NCBI GenBank assembly: GCA_003551945.1
Contig: PUNZ01000158.1
Coordinates: 4,354-68,353 of the forward strand
Reading direction: 5' to 3'
Length of the DNA stretch: 64,000 bases
DNA from: Halovenus sp.
GTDB taxonomy: Archaea; Halobacteriota; Halobacteria; Halobacteriales; Haloarculaceae
The notes below the pieces were generated by a model. It made no database searches. It was not told the origin of the DNA and saw only the letters and a program-made list of their open reading frames with translations. A program made the translations under genes and the position numbers. Shown here piece after piece: positions 21,712 to 31,327 of the stretch (within the stretch, counting starts at the first letter, position 1; every line of letters begins with the position of its first letter).

Positions 21712-22077
21712 ATGACTGACCTTCAGGCACTGGGCGTGGTGGGGCACACCTCGGGAGTTGAGGAGTCACTTCTGTTACTTAGCGTGATTATTTTAGCTGG
21801 CATTGGGACCGGAATTTTGTTTGTCGGAAGCGTGCTCGCTGCGTGGCAACGGAAGGAAGTTCGGTATCTCCTGATTTCCGCAGCAGTTGGCGCGTTATTT
21901 TTCCGTTCGTTTGTTGGGATTGGAACGGTGTACGGTATCGTTCCAATGACGACGCATCATTTCGTCGAACACAGCCTTGACTTCCTTATCGCAGCACTGG
22001 TGTTGTATGCGGTCTACCGGAGTAAACCACGCCGCTCCGAGCAATCGTTCGATATTGATAACGACTCTTCGCAGTGA
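21712..22077 (+). CDS. Small 3-TM membrane protein (haloarchaeal, DUF7471-like)
   Basis: Three hydrophobic segments, HHFVEHSLD motif; divergent from the regulator. Confidence 0.7.
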   Translation: MTDLQALGVVGHTSGVEESLLLLSVIILAGIGTGILFVGSVLAAWQRKEVRYLLISAAVGALFFRSFVGIGTVYGIVPMTTHHFVEHSLDFLIAALVLYAVYRSKPRRSEQSFDIDNDSSQ

Positions 22078-22287
22078 GCGGTGGTTCGCAGAACCGTGAG
22101 TTTTGCACCCGATTCGGAACGCATACAAAAATTTTTCAGGGTGTCTACGATGGCTGAACATTCCATACATCACGGCAGTGCCACTCTCGTGATGAGACTG
22201 TTATAGACCAGTCAGAGATGCCCTGTTGGGTTGATTCGTTGGTTGTACCAGAGACTACATGTGGACGTAATCCTACAGTGGGTGTGT

Positions 22288-23352
22288 ATGAAGCGTGGCA
22301 GGCAATTTGTTAATCGGCGTAACGTCCTCGGCACTGTTGGGTCAGGAGCAGTGCTTGCACTCGCTGGCTGTGTTGGAAGCGATGATGAGGCAGATGAGCC
22401 AGAGGATACTGGCGATGACTCAGCAGATGATACTGAAGACGAACCAACGGAGCTCAGCGAACCAACAGAGTTCCCCGAAGGCGAGGAATGTACGGTTTGC
22501 AATATGATCACAGAGGAGTATCCGGAGTGGAATGCCCAACTGGTCAAAGCGGACGAAACACGAGTGTACTTTTGCTCCGCTGGATGTCTCTCTGCATACA
22601 GTTATAACCCCGAACACTTTGGTGGGGAGAATGAGACAGTCGAAAATGTCTGGGTGACTGATTACGATACCGGCGAACTCATCGATGGGATGGACGCATA
22701 CTATGTCCGGGTTCAAGCCCCAGACCACATCGATGATATCATGATGATGAATCCGACGCCATTCGAGAGCCGGGAGGCAGCTGAATCACTCATCGACGAG
22801 TTGAACCAGGAATACGACGGAGCATACGATGTTGAGGAGGATATCATTAGATTCGATGATTTTGACCGTGAGCTTGCGATGCACTATCGGGCCGACTTCC
22901 TTAACGGAGATGATGATGGCCACGACCACGGAAACGACGAGGATGCTGACGCTCCCGAAGAGTTTGACCTCGTGGATGGCGATGGGGAGACAATCGACAC
23001 CTGGATGCGTGATCACTGGCACACCGCTGTGTCAGTCGAAGAGGGTAGTTCACGTTCGCTATATGCTGAAGCTGTTGAAGCCGACGGTGAGACAATCGAC
23101 GTTGATGGCGAGCACTGGGAGTTTGACGCCCGGCTTGCAGACGGTGCGCCTGAGGACGTAATTTCGATTCACGGGCATGGCGACCACATCCATCTCAACG
23201 GCGAGACTGAGGGGTTAACGGAAATTATCTTCGAATTCTCTCACCACGGAGAGGTTGCGCTCACGACTGAGGCGGACGCGATGACCGTTGACGTTGGAGA
23301 ATACGATGACCACGGCCACGACCACGATGATGACGATGGTCATGACCACTGA
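22288..23352 (+). CDS. nosL: NosL-family Tat lipoprotein with His-rich C-terminal domain
   Basis: NRR Tat motif, LAGC, CTVCNM, FCSAGC, MMMNPTPF; C-terminal HWH, HGHGDHIH and poly-DHGH. Confidence 0.82.
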   Translation: MKRGRQFVNRRNVLGTVGSGAVLALAGCVGSDDEADEPEDTGDDSADDTEDEPTELSEPTEFPEGEECTVCNMITEEYPEWNAQLVKADETRVYFCSAGCLSAYSYNPEHFGGENETVENVWVTDYDTGELIDGMDAYYVRVQAPDHIDDIMMMNPTPFESREAAESLIDELNQEYDGAYDVEEDIIRFDDFDRELAMHYRADFLNGDDDGHDHGNDEDADAPEEFDLVDGDGETIDTWMRDHWHTAVSVEEGSSRSLYAEAVEADGETIDVDGEHWEFDARLADGAPEDVISIHGHGDHIHLNGETEGLTEIIFEFSHHGEVALTTEADAMTVDVGEYDDHGHDHDDDDGHDH

Positions 23353-23773
23353 TACAACGACGAAAGCCCGCTGACGCCATCCTCCGTACGTTTCCCTGGG
23401 TCCCCGTTCTCTCCGACAACCAATCCACTTTGTCAAGAAAGCAAGGATATTCCTGTCCGAATGATACGTTCAGCCGGCTGGACATAGTACCTGTCAGAAT
23501 AATCCTGCACTGGGTTGAGCGGTTGTCATGCCAATGCCGTTCGTGCTTATTCCAATCCGCTAATCTATACAAGATAGGCTATACTCACATCTCGACTGGA
23601 GATAATCAATTATCTCTGTCAAAAGCAACTGACCATGCAATCGCAACGACCAGGCATGGAGGAGTTCCCAGCCGCGATGGCGAAAGAGACTGGACACACC
23701 GTTCGAGTAGCCGACTCACAGTCAACGAAATTCGCGGTCACAGACGACTAATGTTCCAAGATGGTATGACACC

Positions 23774-24517
23774 TTACGGTGCGAGTCGGTTTTTCCGATT
23801 TTTCATCTTCTCGTTATAATACTCGAACGTAATCGGACACCACTCGGAGGCGAGGTCAAGCACCTGTTCTGTCATCTCCCGAATCTCCCATTGGGCATCA
23901 GCAGCAGCACGCATATCGGCCACGTGCATCAACATCCGGGCGTTCATCGACATTACGAGATTGACTTTCGAACCGATTGGGAGGACATACCGTGCATCCT
24001 CCGGTGGCATGCCGAGTTCGAGCAACTCCTGATATGATTCAAAAGCGTTCTCGACAGTATCGCGGAACAACTTGTCTCGCTTCGCGGCGGTTTCTTCGTC
24101 GACCGCACCAGTTTCTTGATTGCGACCAACCCATTCAGGGTCCGTTGCAGATGGGGGAATCACGATCATTTCTCCCTCACGAACATTGGCTGGGTCAACC
24201 GAATCAAATGAGACATACCGCATCGACTGCACATCAAAGGAGACGTGTCGGTGTCGGGTGAGCTGTGCCATACACGACCGGCTGATTCCCTCTATTGCGA
24301 ACGTTGCATGTGGATGCTCAAACGGTCCGTAGTGCCCATGAGCCAAGAGGTGGTGGATGAGCGTCTCTTTTTGTTCTTCGAGCGTTTCACCCTCAACTGA
24401 TTCCATGACCTCCTCAAATGGCGTCTCAGCGACGAACGCCTCCATGTAGTCGTTGCGAGCAGCCTGACAAATAAGTCGCTCCGGCGTTTCAGTTGCTTCG
24501 AGCAGCCTAACTTCCAT
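23774..24517 (-). CDS. thyX: FAD-dependent thymidylate synthase
   Basis: GHYGPFEH, RHRxxSFDVQSMRY, EDARYVLP, AQWEIR. Confidence 0.96.
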   Translation of the reverse strand: MEVRLLEATETPERLICQAARNDYMEAFVAETPFEEVMESVEGETLEEQKETLIHHLLAHGHYGPFEHPHATFAIEGISRSCMAQLTRHRHVSFDVQSMRYVSFDSVDPANVREGEMIVIPPSATDPEWVGRNQETGAVDEETAAKRDKLFRDTVENAFESYQELLELGMPPEDARYVLPIGSKVNLVMSMNARMLMHVADMRAAADAQWEIREMTEQVLDLASEWCPITFEYYNEKMKNRKNRLAP

Positions 24518-24588
24518 ACAAAATCCTCCGGTCGGGAGACTATATTACTGACGGATAGCAAAAGCGTCGCTTGTGACTAAAGCGGGCG

Positions 24589-26067
24589 TTATTCCAACTC
24601 CTCACGCAACAACTGATTGACCTCGCCAGGGTCAGCACTGCCACCGGTCTGAGCCATAACCTGTCCGACGAGGAAATTCAATGCACCCCCTTCGCCGTTG
24701 TGATAATCCTCGACTGCATCAGGATTCTCTTCGATGGCAGTCGTCACAGCGGCTTTGACCGCATCGCCGCTGGTTTTGCCAAGTCCCTCCTCAGCAACGA
24801 TTGTGGCGGGTCCTCGTCCGTCATCAAGCATCGACCGAAGAACCGTTTCACGGGCGTTTTTCGCTGTAATCTCGTCAGTTGCAACGAGTTCAATAAGAGC
24901 TTTTACCTCGTCAAGGCGACTCTGGATGTCCGTGATTGTCATATCCCGATAGTTGAGTTCGCCAAGGAGTTCATCCGCAACCCACGTTGCGGCGAGTTCC
25001 GCATCGAACTCCGCCGCAACATCCTCGTAGAAGTCTGCAACTTGCTTCGTGCTGGTAAGTTTATCGGCGGCCTCGCTATCAAGGTCGTACTCCGCTTGGA
25101 ACCGTTCGCGCCGGGCGTCAGGCAATTCAGGTATCTCGATTTGCTCTTTCCAGTCTGCAACTTGTAACGGCGGGAGGTCAGCCTCACGGAAATAGCGGTA
25201 ATCTTTCTCCTCTTCTTTCGAGCGCATCGAGACGGTGATGCCACGCGCCTCATCCCAGTGCCGGGTCTCCTGCTCGACGCCACGTCCGCGTTTGATTGCG
25301 TTTTTCTGTCGCTGGGCTTCGTAGGCAAGCGCCTTCTCTGCACCTTTGTGACTGGAGATATTTTTCACTTCAGTGCGGTTAGCATCAGCAAGCACATCTT
25401 CGGGGATAGACCCATCTTCAGCAATCTTGTCTCCCTTGACGATTGAGAGGTTTGCATCGATACGGAGACTTCCATCACGTGCGGAATCAAAAACGCCGAG
25501 ATACTCAAGCACTTCTTCAAGTTTCGAAAGGAACGCTCGTACTTCACTTGCCCCCCTGAAATCGGGCTCAGTAACGATTTCCATCAGCGGCACGCCAGCA
25601 CGGTTGTAATCGACGAGCGTGTACTCTGCCGTGTCGATAGAACCGCCTTTGTGTTTCAGACTGCCGGGGTCTTCTTCGAGATGTGCGCGCCGAATCCGAA
25701 TCGTGCGCCGCTCGCCCGCTACCAAACACTCGAGTTCGCCGTCTTGACAGATAGGCTCATCATACTGAGTAATCTGAAAGTTTTTGGGGAGGTCAGGATA
25801 GTAATAATTTTTGCGGTGAAATCGCGTTTCCTCGGGGATTGTCGCGTCGATGGCCTTTCCAATCTTGACTGCAGATTCGACGGCAGCCTCGTTAAGCACC
25901 GGCAACGCACCGGGGAGGCCGAGACAGACAGGACAGGTATGCCCGTTTGGCTCATCTGTCGGTGCCGTCGAGCAGCCACAGAAGATTTTGGTATCGGTTT
26001 CGAGCTGGACGTGGACCTCCAGCCCGATGACCACCGAAAGCTCGCGTTCCTCCTGTGTTTGCGCCAT
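24589..26067 (-). CDS. gatB: Asp/Glu-tRNA amidotransferase subunit B
   Basis: IGLEVHVQL, YYYPDLPK, HLEEDPG, NRAGVPLMEIVTEP, DYRYF. Confidence 0.97.
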   Translation of the reverse strand: MAQTQEERELSVVIGLEVHVQLETDTKIFCGCSTAPTDEPNGHTCPVCLGLPGALPVLNEAAVESAVKIGKAIDATIPEETRFHRKNYYYPDLPKNFQITQYDEPICQDGELECLVAGERRTIRIRRAHLEEDPGSLKHKGGSIDTAEYTLVDYNRAGVPLMEIVTEPDFRGASEVRAFLSKLEEVLEYLGVFDSARDGSLRIDANLSIVKGDKIAEDGSIPEDVLADANRTEVKNISSHKGAEKALAYEAQRQKNAIKRGRGVEQETRHWDEARGITVSMRSKEEEKDYRYFREADLPPLQVADWKEQIEIPELPDARRERFQAEYDLDSEAADKLTSTKQVADFYEDVAAEFDAELAATWVADELLGELNYRDMTITDIQSRLDEVKALIELVATDEITAKNARETVLRSMLDDGRGPATIVAEEGLGKTSGDAVKAAVTTAIEENPDAVEDYHNGEGGALNFLVGQVMAQTGGSADPGEVNQLLREELE

Positions 26068-26178
26068 TACCCGCCGTTCGGCACCAGCAGGCTAAACGCT
26101 TTTGGAGCGACGGTATTTTTCAACCTGTTATAGACACTAGCTTGAGAAAGCGAAACCTATCTGTACCCTGGAGCCATT

Positions 26179-27441
26179 TTGTGGCTTATGCGTATTGAAG
26201 TGCGCCCGCTGGTGGCTGTCGTGATTCTTTTTATCGCTTTAGCCGTCTTACTTGGTGGGTCGACAGTTGTTGGTGCACTTACCGGAACGCCAGTTACGGA
26301 AACACAGGTCGAGCCCGAAATCGAAACAGTCGAGTTAAAAGATGGCTCCGAACTCTGGCCGTATACCTCCCGTTCACAGAGCGTCTCAGATAGAACCCTC
26401 GCGCTGAATGTGATTGTCTACGGTGATGCGACGACAACGCGGGAGCTCTTACAAACGGAAGGATTCGGTGATGTCACCTGGGAGGAGATGGATGACAATG
26501 AAACGGACATTGCGCCAACCGAAGTCACCTTCAACCAGAGTGGACTCGGGTTGGGTGACGCTGACGGGGCAATTCGGTATACCTACGTTGAAGACCCTGA
26601 CGGGAACGAATACTGGCTCGATGAAAGCTATCAGCTCAAGGACGGGACCTATCTTGGAGCTCGAAATCATCTCCGTGCATACGAGGACCCTCACGCGGGC
26701 CAGTGGACTGTCTTCCAAGGACACACCGAACATTGGGATTGGTTCCAGGCTCGGCACAACGTCCACTCGATAGAGGAATCGCAATCGGTAGTCGAGTTGC
26801 ACTTTGTGGACAACCCGTTGGTTGAAGACCTCGTCCGTGAAAGATGGGGGAACGACCGTGGCTCAGATTCTGACGGATGGGCCACTGTCGTTGACCTCGA
26901 CGAAGAGTTTGCAACGCTCTTGCTTGGTGCAATCCTGATTGCCTCCATCCAAACCGCTCGGATGCGCGAATTCATTCACGATGATGATGTCAAACTCGTC
27001 TATCAGGGTGCGTTCGTAGTAGGGAGTCTCGTTGCACTCATGATGTTCGTCAGGTTTGGCGCTATCTGGGCAGAGGGCCAATTCCCAAACATCTATCCAA
27101 ATACAGTCGCCGCGATGTTCTTTCCCTTCTTGGCCATAGGCATGCCCATTGCCGTGTATCTAATTGCGAGGCCATTGGATAGGCTCCCGGCCTTTGCCGC
27201 AGGCTCGTCCGGGTTTTTCATCGCCTTATTGGTCGATTACACCTATCTACAGGTTACAGCACTTCCGCTCGATACCCTGCTTCAGCATGTCGCGTTGGCA
27301 ATCGCGCTTGGATTTATCGCCGCTGGTGCATCGAAAACAGCCAGAGATCCAGAAACAGATTTAGGATACGTCCGTACGGGTGCGCTACTCTGGGCAGTCG
27401 CCATAATAATACCCCTGCTCGTTCACATCCCAATTATCTAA
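26179..27441 (+). CDS. Hypothetical membrane protein (extracellular N-domain plus multi-TM C-domain)
   Basis: 420 aa ORF with acidic bias, signal/TM, ARNHLRAY and HTEHWDWF motifs, about 6 C-terminal TM. Confidence 0.75.
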   Translation: MWLMRIEVRPLVAVVILFIALAVLLGGSTVVGALTGTPVTETQVEPEIETVELKDGSELWPYTSRSQSVSDRTLALNVIVYGDATTTRELLQTEGFGDVTWEEMDDNETDIAPTEVTFNQSGLGLGDADGAIRYTYVEDPDGNEYWLDESYQLKDGTYLGARNHLRAYEDPHAGQWTVFQGHTEHWDWFQARHNVHSIEESQSVVELHFVDNPLVEDLVRERWGNDRGSDSDGWATVVDLDEEFATLLLGAILIASIQTARMREFIHDDDVKLVYQGAFVVGSLVALMMFVRFGAIWAEGQFPNIYPNTVAAMFFPFLAIGMPIAVYLIARPLDRLPAFAAGSSGFFIALLVDYTYLQVTALPLDTLLQHVALAIALGFIAAGASKTARDPETDLGYVRTGALLWAVAIIIPLLVHIPII

Positions 27442-27451
27442 GGACTGCGCC

Positions 27452-27706
27452 TCAATCCGCCTGCGGTTCATCCGGACTAGTGTACGGCCGCTCCCATGTC
27501 GGCGTTACACGGCTGTAAATAAGCACACCGAGGAAGACGATGAAATAGAGGAGCCACCGGTGATAATCAATCAGTTCAAAAATCGATACTGCGACAATTA
27601 TCCACGTGGCGAGGATGGCACCATCGACAATAATTCTTCCGCCGTTATGTCGGAGGTACGCTTTCAGCCGCTCCCGTCGTGAGTTGATTCGTGGATGGTC
27701 TGACAT
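27452..27706 (-). CDS. Small 2-TM hypothetical protein
   Basis: Two hydrophobic helices, TPTWERPY tail typical of a haloarchaeal family. Confidence 0.7.
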   Translation of the reverse strand: MSDHPRINSRRERLKAYLRHNGGRIIVDGAILATWIIVAVSIFELIDYHRWLLYFIVFLGVLIYSRVTPTWERPYTSPDEPQAD

Positions 27707-27786
27707 GGTAGCCGCCTAGTATACGAGCTATGTTTCTGTTTACGTATAGCTGTTTGGTTGGGAATACACTAGCTGAAATTCCCCCG

Positions 27787-28665
27787 TTAAAACTGACAGA
27801 GAATATCCAGATTATGAGCAATAAAGGTCAACGACTCATCATCGAGCTGATGCTCGCGCGTCTCAACCCAGTGTTCAAAGTGTTCCTCCTGGTCAGGAGT
27901 AAGCGAAAGCTCCGATACCGCAGTAGAGAGGCTTGAAAGCAAAAATCCCAGAACAGCGCGCTCGTCCGCTGGGTAGGTCCCATCGACTGGTCGAATAATC
28001 CAATCAGAGCCGCCAACGGAAACAATATGCCCGTCATAAGTGGAAACCAATTCAAGCAGCCTTCTTCCGGACTTTGGGCCCCCTGCTCGCTGAGCCATAT
28101 GCTGATGATATTTGGCAGTCACCAGGTCATCAAACGAGTGAGTCGGGGCAAACCCGGTGAATCCATCGAACGTTATCGGGGCATACAACAACCCACCCGG
28201 CGCAAGGAGGTCGCGAATATGTGAGAGTGCATCCTTGAGCGGGACCAAATCAAGAAACGCACAGGCAATGATGGCATCCGGATTTCCTGTGACATCGAAC
28301 GCATTGTCCTGTTCGACCGAAATGTGAATCTTCTGTCTCCCACGGACTGCTTCAAACTGACCATCACGTGCACTCTGGTGGTCAACAGTGAAGCCGAGCC
28401 TGCTGAGTTGTTCTGGAATCTGACTACGGGCACGCTCAACGTGACCCGGCTCTTTTTCGATAGCCCGGTATGAGACCGATTCCGGAATCATATCCCACTC
28501 AAGCAATCTTACCGGCATTGTTCCGGTTCCTGCACCAAATTCAACAATTCGGAGTTCCTCCGCCGTTCGTGCCTGCAGCCGATTGGCAAAGGCATCGAGA
28601 ACCCGTTCGTTGAGCGACCGGTCATCTACAGTTCGTTTTGCGCTGAGATAGCGTACTTCGTCCAT
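27787..28665 (-). CDS. Class I SAM-dependent methyltransferase
   Basis: VEFGAGTG motif I, YLSAKRTVDDRSLN N-terminus, AFLDL, GSDW. Confidence 0.85.
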   Translation of the reverse strand: MDEVRYLSAKRTVDDRSLNERVLDAFANRLQARTAEELRIVEFGAGTGTMPVRLLEWDMIPESVSYRAIEKEPGHVERARSQIPEQLSRLGFTVDHQSARDGQFEAVRGRQKIHISVEQDNAFDVTGNPDAIIACAFLDLVPLKDALSHIRDLLAPGGLLYAPITFDGFTGFAPTHSFDDLVTAKYHQHMAQRAGGPKSGRRLLELVSTYDGHIVSVGGSDWIIRPVDGTYPADERAVLGFLLSSLSTAVSELSLTPDQEEHFEHWVETREHQLDDESLTFIAHNLDILCQF

Positions 28666-28666
28666 C

Positions 28667-29776
28667 TTAGTTCACCGTTGAGTCCTGAACCGTATTCGAA
28701 ACTCGTTCAGCAGGTGTTTCCCCATCCGCGAGAGCGAGCAGAAACTCTCGGACACGAGACAACGAGGTTTCCCAGTTGGGATGTGTTTGGGCCTGCTTCA
28801 ATGCGCCAACCGCTAGTGAAGCAAGCAGCTCTCTGTTTTGTTGAACCACTTCTACTACGGTCTGAATTTGTCCTGGATTGCCGGGGTCAACAAGAAATCC
28901 CGACTCACCATCTGTAATGTACTCACTTGCACCGCCAATTGCCGAAGCTATCGGGACAACACCATACTCCATCGCCTCTAGGTAGACCATCCCGAACGAT
29001 TCGTACTGAGAGGGGACAATGAGCACATGCGAGCGCTGCAATAACCGGGTTAACTCATCAGTCGAAACCGGCCCATGAACTGTTATTTGTCCATCTAATC
29101 CATGCCGACCGATAGTCGACTGCACACGGGCGACGTACTCCGGGTGGGCTTCAAGTGCACCAACAATATCTGCAGTCCATGACCCCTCCACGTTGTTCAG
29201 GGCATCCACCAGTGTCAGCGTCTCCTTCCGTGGGGAGACGGTGCCGACAAAGAGTACCCGAAGTGGGTCCGTATGAGCTCTTCGTCGGACGTCTTCAGGT
29301 GTCAGGGCTGCCTGTTCAGTTCTGCCGCCCGGGTACGCAACAAGTGACGGCATATCTGTGAGGGTCTCGACACGGCGCTGGGTATCATTGCTTGTGGAAA
29401 TTGTGGCATCGACGCTTCGAAGGTACGAACGTTCAATCCTCCTGACCAAGAGTCGATTCCAGCGTCGAGGCGGACCTGCGCGTAGAAGATGCACCAGCGA
29501 AACGATAGCCGTGGGTTCGTGAAGCCGTCGATTGACTTGCCAGAGGGAGGGATGGCAAAGTTCGTCCTGGAGAAGGATATCATAGGGCTGGTTGAGCCGG
29601 CGTCTTAACGAACCGGAAAGTCCTGCAAATAGATTTGCTGCATACCCTCGCTGTGAAATTGAAATTACGTCAACGGAATCTCCTTCGGCACGCAAGTGTT
29701 CGACAAGTTTGCGGTCATACCGGTAGCCACCGGAGGTTTGGTCAAGACTCCCGTACACGACACATCCGATATCCAT
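28667..29776 (-). CDS. Glycosyltransferase family 4
   Basis: SGGYRYD N-terminus, PSQYESFGMVYLEAM (ExFGxxxxE) motif. Confidence 0.9.
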   Translation of the reverse strand: MDIGCVVYGSLDQTSGGYRYDRKLVEHLRAEGDSVDVISISQRGYAANLFAGLSGSLRRRLNQPYDILLQDELCHPSLWQVNRRLHEPTAIVSLVHLLRAGPPRRWNRLLVRRIERSYLRSVDATISTSNDTQRRVETLTDMPSLVAYPGGRTEQAALTPEDVRRRAHTDPLRVLFVGTVSPRKETLTLVDALNNVEGSWTADIVGALEAHPEYVARVQSTIGRHGLDGQITVHGPVSTDELTRLLQRSHVLIVPSQYESFGMVYLEAMEYGVVPIASAIGGASEYITDGESGFLVDPGNPGQIQTVVEVVQQNRELLASLAVGALKQAQTHPNWETSLSRVREFLLALADGETPAERVSNTVQDSTVN

Positions 29777-29778
29777 CG

Positions 29779-30156
29779 TTACAGCGTAGTTGTGTACCCA
29801 ACCGTGGCAACATCGTCTTCCTGAACGGAAATCTCGAGTTTGGTAGCCATCTCTGGTGAAATCTCCTCGCAAAGCCGCGATGCAAAGAGACGAGCGAGGT
29901 GTTCAGCGCTTGGATTGAGGCCCTCAAACGGGGGGAGGTCGTTCAACAGTTGGTCCCGGAAAAACTCGGCTGTCACGTCCATCCCCGCACAGACTTCGTC
30001 GATATCGATAAGATACCCAAACTCGTTCAGGTCAGGCCCTTGAAACGTGGCTTCGACAGTAAATGTGTGTGAGTGCGGTTCTCCTTCCGGACCCGGCTCT
30101 GGAACCGTGAGATAATGCTGGGCAACGAAGGTACGAGAAACAGCGACACTGTACAT
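29779..30156 (-). CDS. 6-pyruvoyl-tetrahydropterin synthase / QueD (COG0720) family, atypical active site
   Basis: F.AQH...HSH, LLND, NPSAEHLA, V.E T-fold motifs; lacks the C-X3-HGH motif. Confidence 0.88.
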   Translation of the reverse strand: MYSVAVSRTFVAQHYLTVPEPGPEGEPHSHTFTVEATFQGPDLNEFGYLIDIDEVCAGMDVTAEFFRDQLLNDLPPFEGLNPSAEHLARLFASRLCEEISPEMATKLEISVQEDDVATVGYTTTL

Positions 30157-30227
30157 ATAACGCGATTGCTTGGCAGCGTAAAAAAGACACACCCAAACAG
30201 AGTGGGCCATTGTGTCGACTCTTTCAG

Positions 30228-31238
30228 TTAATCATAGGAGAGAAGGACCTGAATAGCCTCATCTGGTGAGTTTTCAAGTAAGTCGTACGCCTGTGGTGCG
30301 TCTTCAAACGGAAACTCGTGCGTGACCAGTGTATCAAGCGGGAGGTCTTTCAGCCAGTCCCACGCAACGGCATGGCGACGCTCTCGCGACCATCGGCCTT
30401 CAAATTGTGGGGCAATCGTACTTACCTGACTACTTTCAAGGGAGAGGCGGTGGCGATGAAAGCGGCCACCAAACGAGAGTGGTGCAGGTTCTGTCCCATA
30501 CCATGAGCCAACGACGATTCTCCCATCGTACCCCGTGACGTCCATCGCATCGTTGAGGACCTCAGGATTACCCGAGAGTTCGATGGTAAGGTCCGGTCGG
30601 TTTGATGGGTGTGTCAATTGCTCGTCGAATGTGTCTGTATACGGGTCTATGGCATAATCCGCTCCTAATTCAAGTGCAGCGTTTCGACGTGATTCAACCG
30701 GTTCGATAACGGTCAACGATTCAAGCGGCATCTGTGAGAGCAACGCCGTCGTCACAAGACCGACCGTCCCCTGGCCAAACACGGCGACTCGCTCACCAAT
30801 TGTTGGCTGTGCATCGAGAACGAACGTAACCGCAGTCTCCATCGTGGCTAACAGCGTGGCCCGTCTCATGCTGACCGAATCAGGAATTTCGAGCAACGAA
30901 TCGGGTTCTGTCACGAATCCAGATTCGTGTGGGTTGTAGGCGAAGACAGGCGTATCAAGCCAGCGCTCATCGACATTGTCCCCACACTCGATTACTCGCC
31001 CAGTCGCCGCATAGCCGTAGCGAGTAGGAAACGAGAGGTCATCGACAAGGGTTTCGACTGGCCCGTCGGTCTCAAGTGACTTGGGCGCATCACCACGATA
31101 GAGGAGTTTCTCCGTTCCGGAGCTGATTGCCGAGAATCGTGTTTCGACTTTCACGGTGTTGGCTGTCAGTGAGGACGGTTCACGGGTTCTCAACTCCGTT
31201 TGGCCTGGGGCGGTAAAGTAGAGTGAAGTGATAGACAT
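30228..31238 (-). CDS. Zinc-binding alcohol dehydrogenase-like (MDR) oxidoreductase
   Basis: SAISSGTE, YGYAATG, FGQGTVG, GSWYG, SSQVS motifs. Confidence 0.88.
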   Translation of the reverse strand: MSITSLYFTAPGQTELRTREPSSLTANTVKVETRFSAISSGTEKLLYRGDAPKSLETDGPVETLVDDLSFPTRYGYAATGRVIECGDNVDERWLDTPVFAYNPHESGFVTEPDSLLEIPDSVSMRRATLLATMETAVTFVLDAQPTIGERVAVFGQGTVGLVTTALLSQMPLESLTVIEPVESRRNAALELGADYAIDPYTDTFDEQLTHPSNRPDLTIELSGNPEVLNDAMDVTGYDGRIVVGSWYGTEPAPLSFGGRFHRHRLSLESSQVSTIAPQFEGRWSRERRHAVAWDWLKDLPLDTLVTHEFPFEDAPQAYDLLENSPDEAIQVLLSYD

Positions 31239-31327
31239 CGTCAAACAGTTGTTACAATTACCAGTTTCTTGGATTGATTATGCTTATATCTGCCGTCTCG
31301 CTCGATGGAAACGGGGAGGTCGTATAG

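Noticed and set aside
12583-23352. Complete N2O reduction (denitrification) locus
   Set aside because: No nosZ in the window; only accessory-type genes
12440-23770. nos-like cluster as an island integrated at aspS
   Set aside because: No matching att copy was seen at the far end and there is no integrase; all aspS duplications lie within 200 bp
23774-24517. thyX plus dUTPase as a proviral nucleotide module
   Set aside because: The genes are 21 kb apart among housekeeping genes, with no viral structural or replication genes
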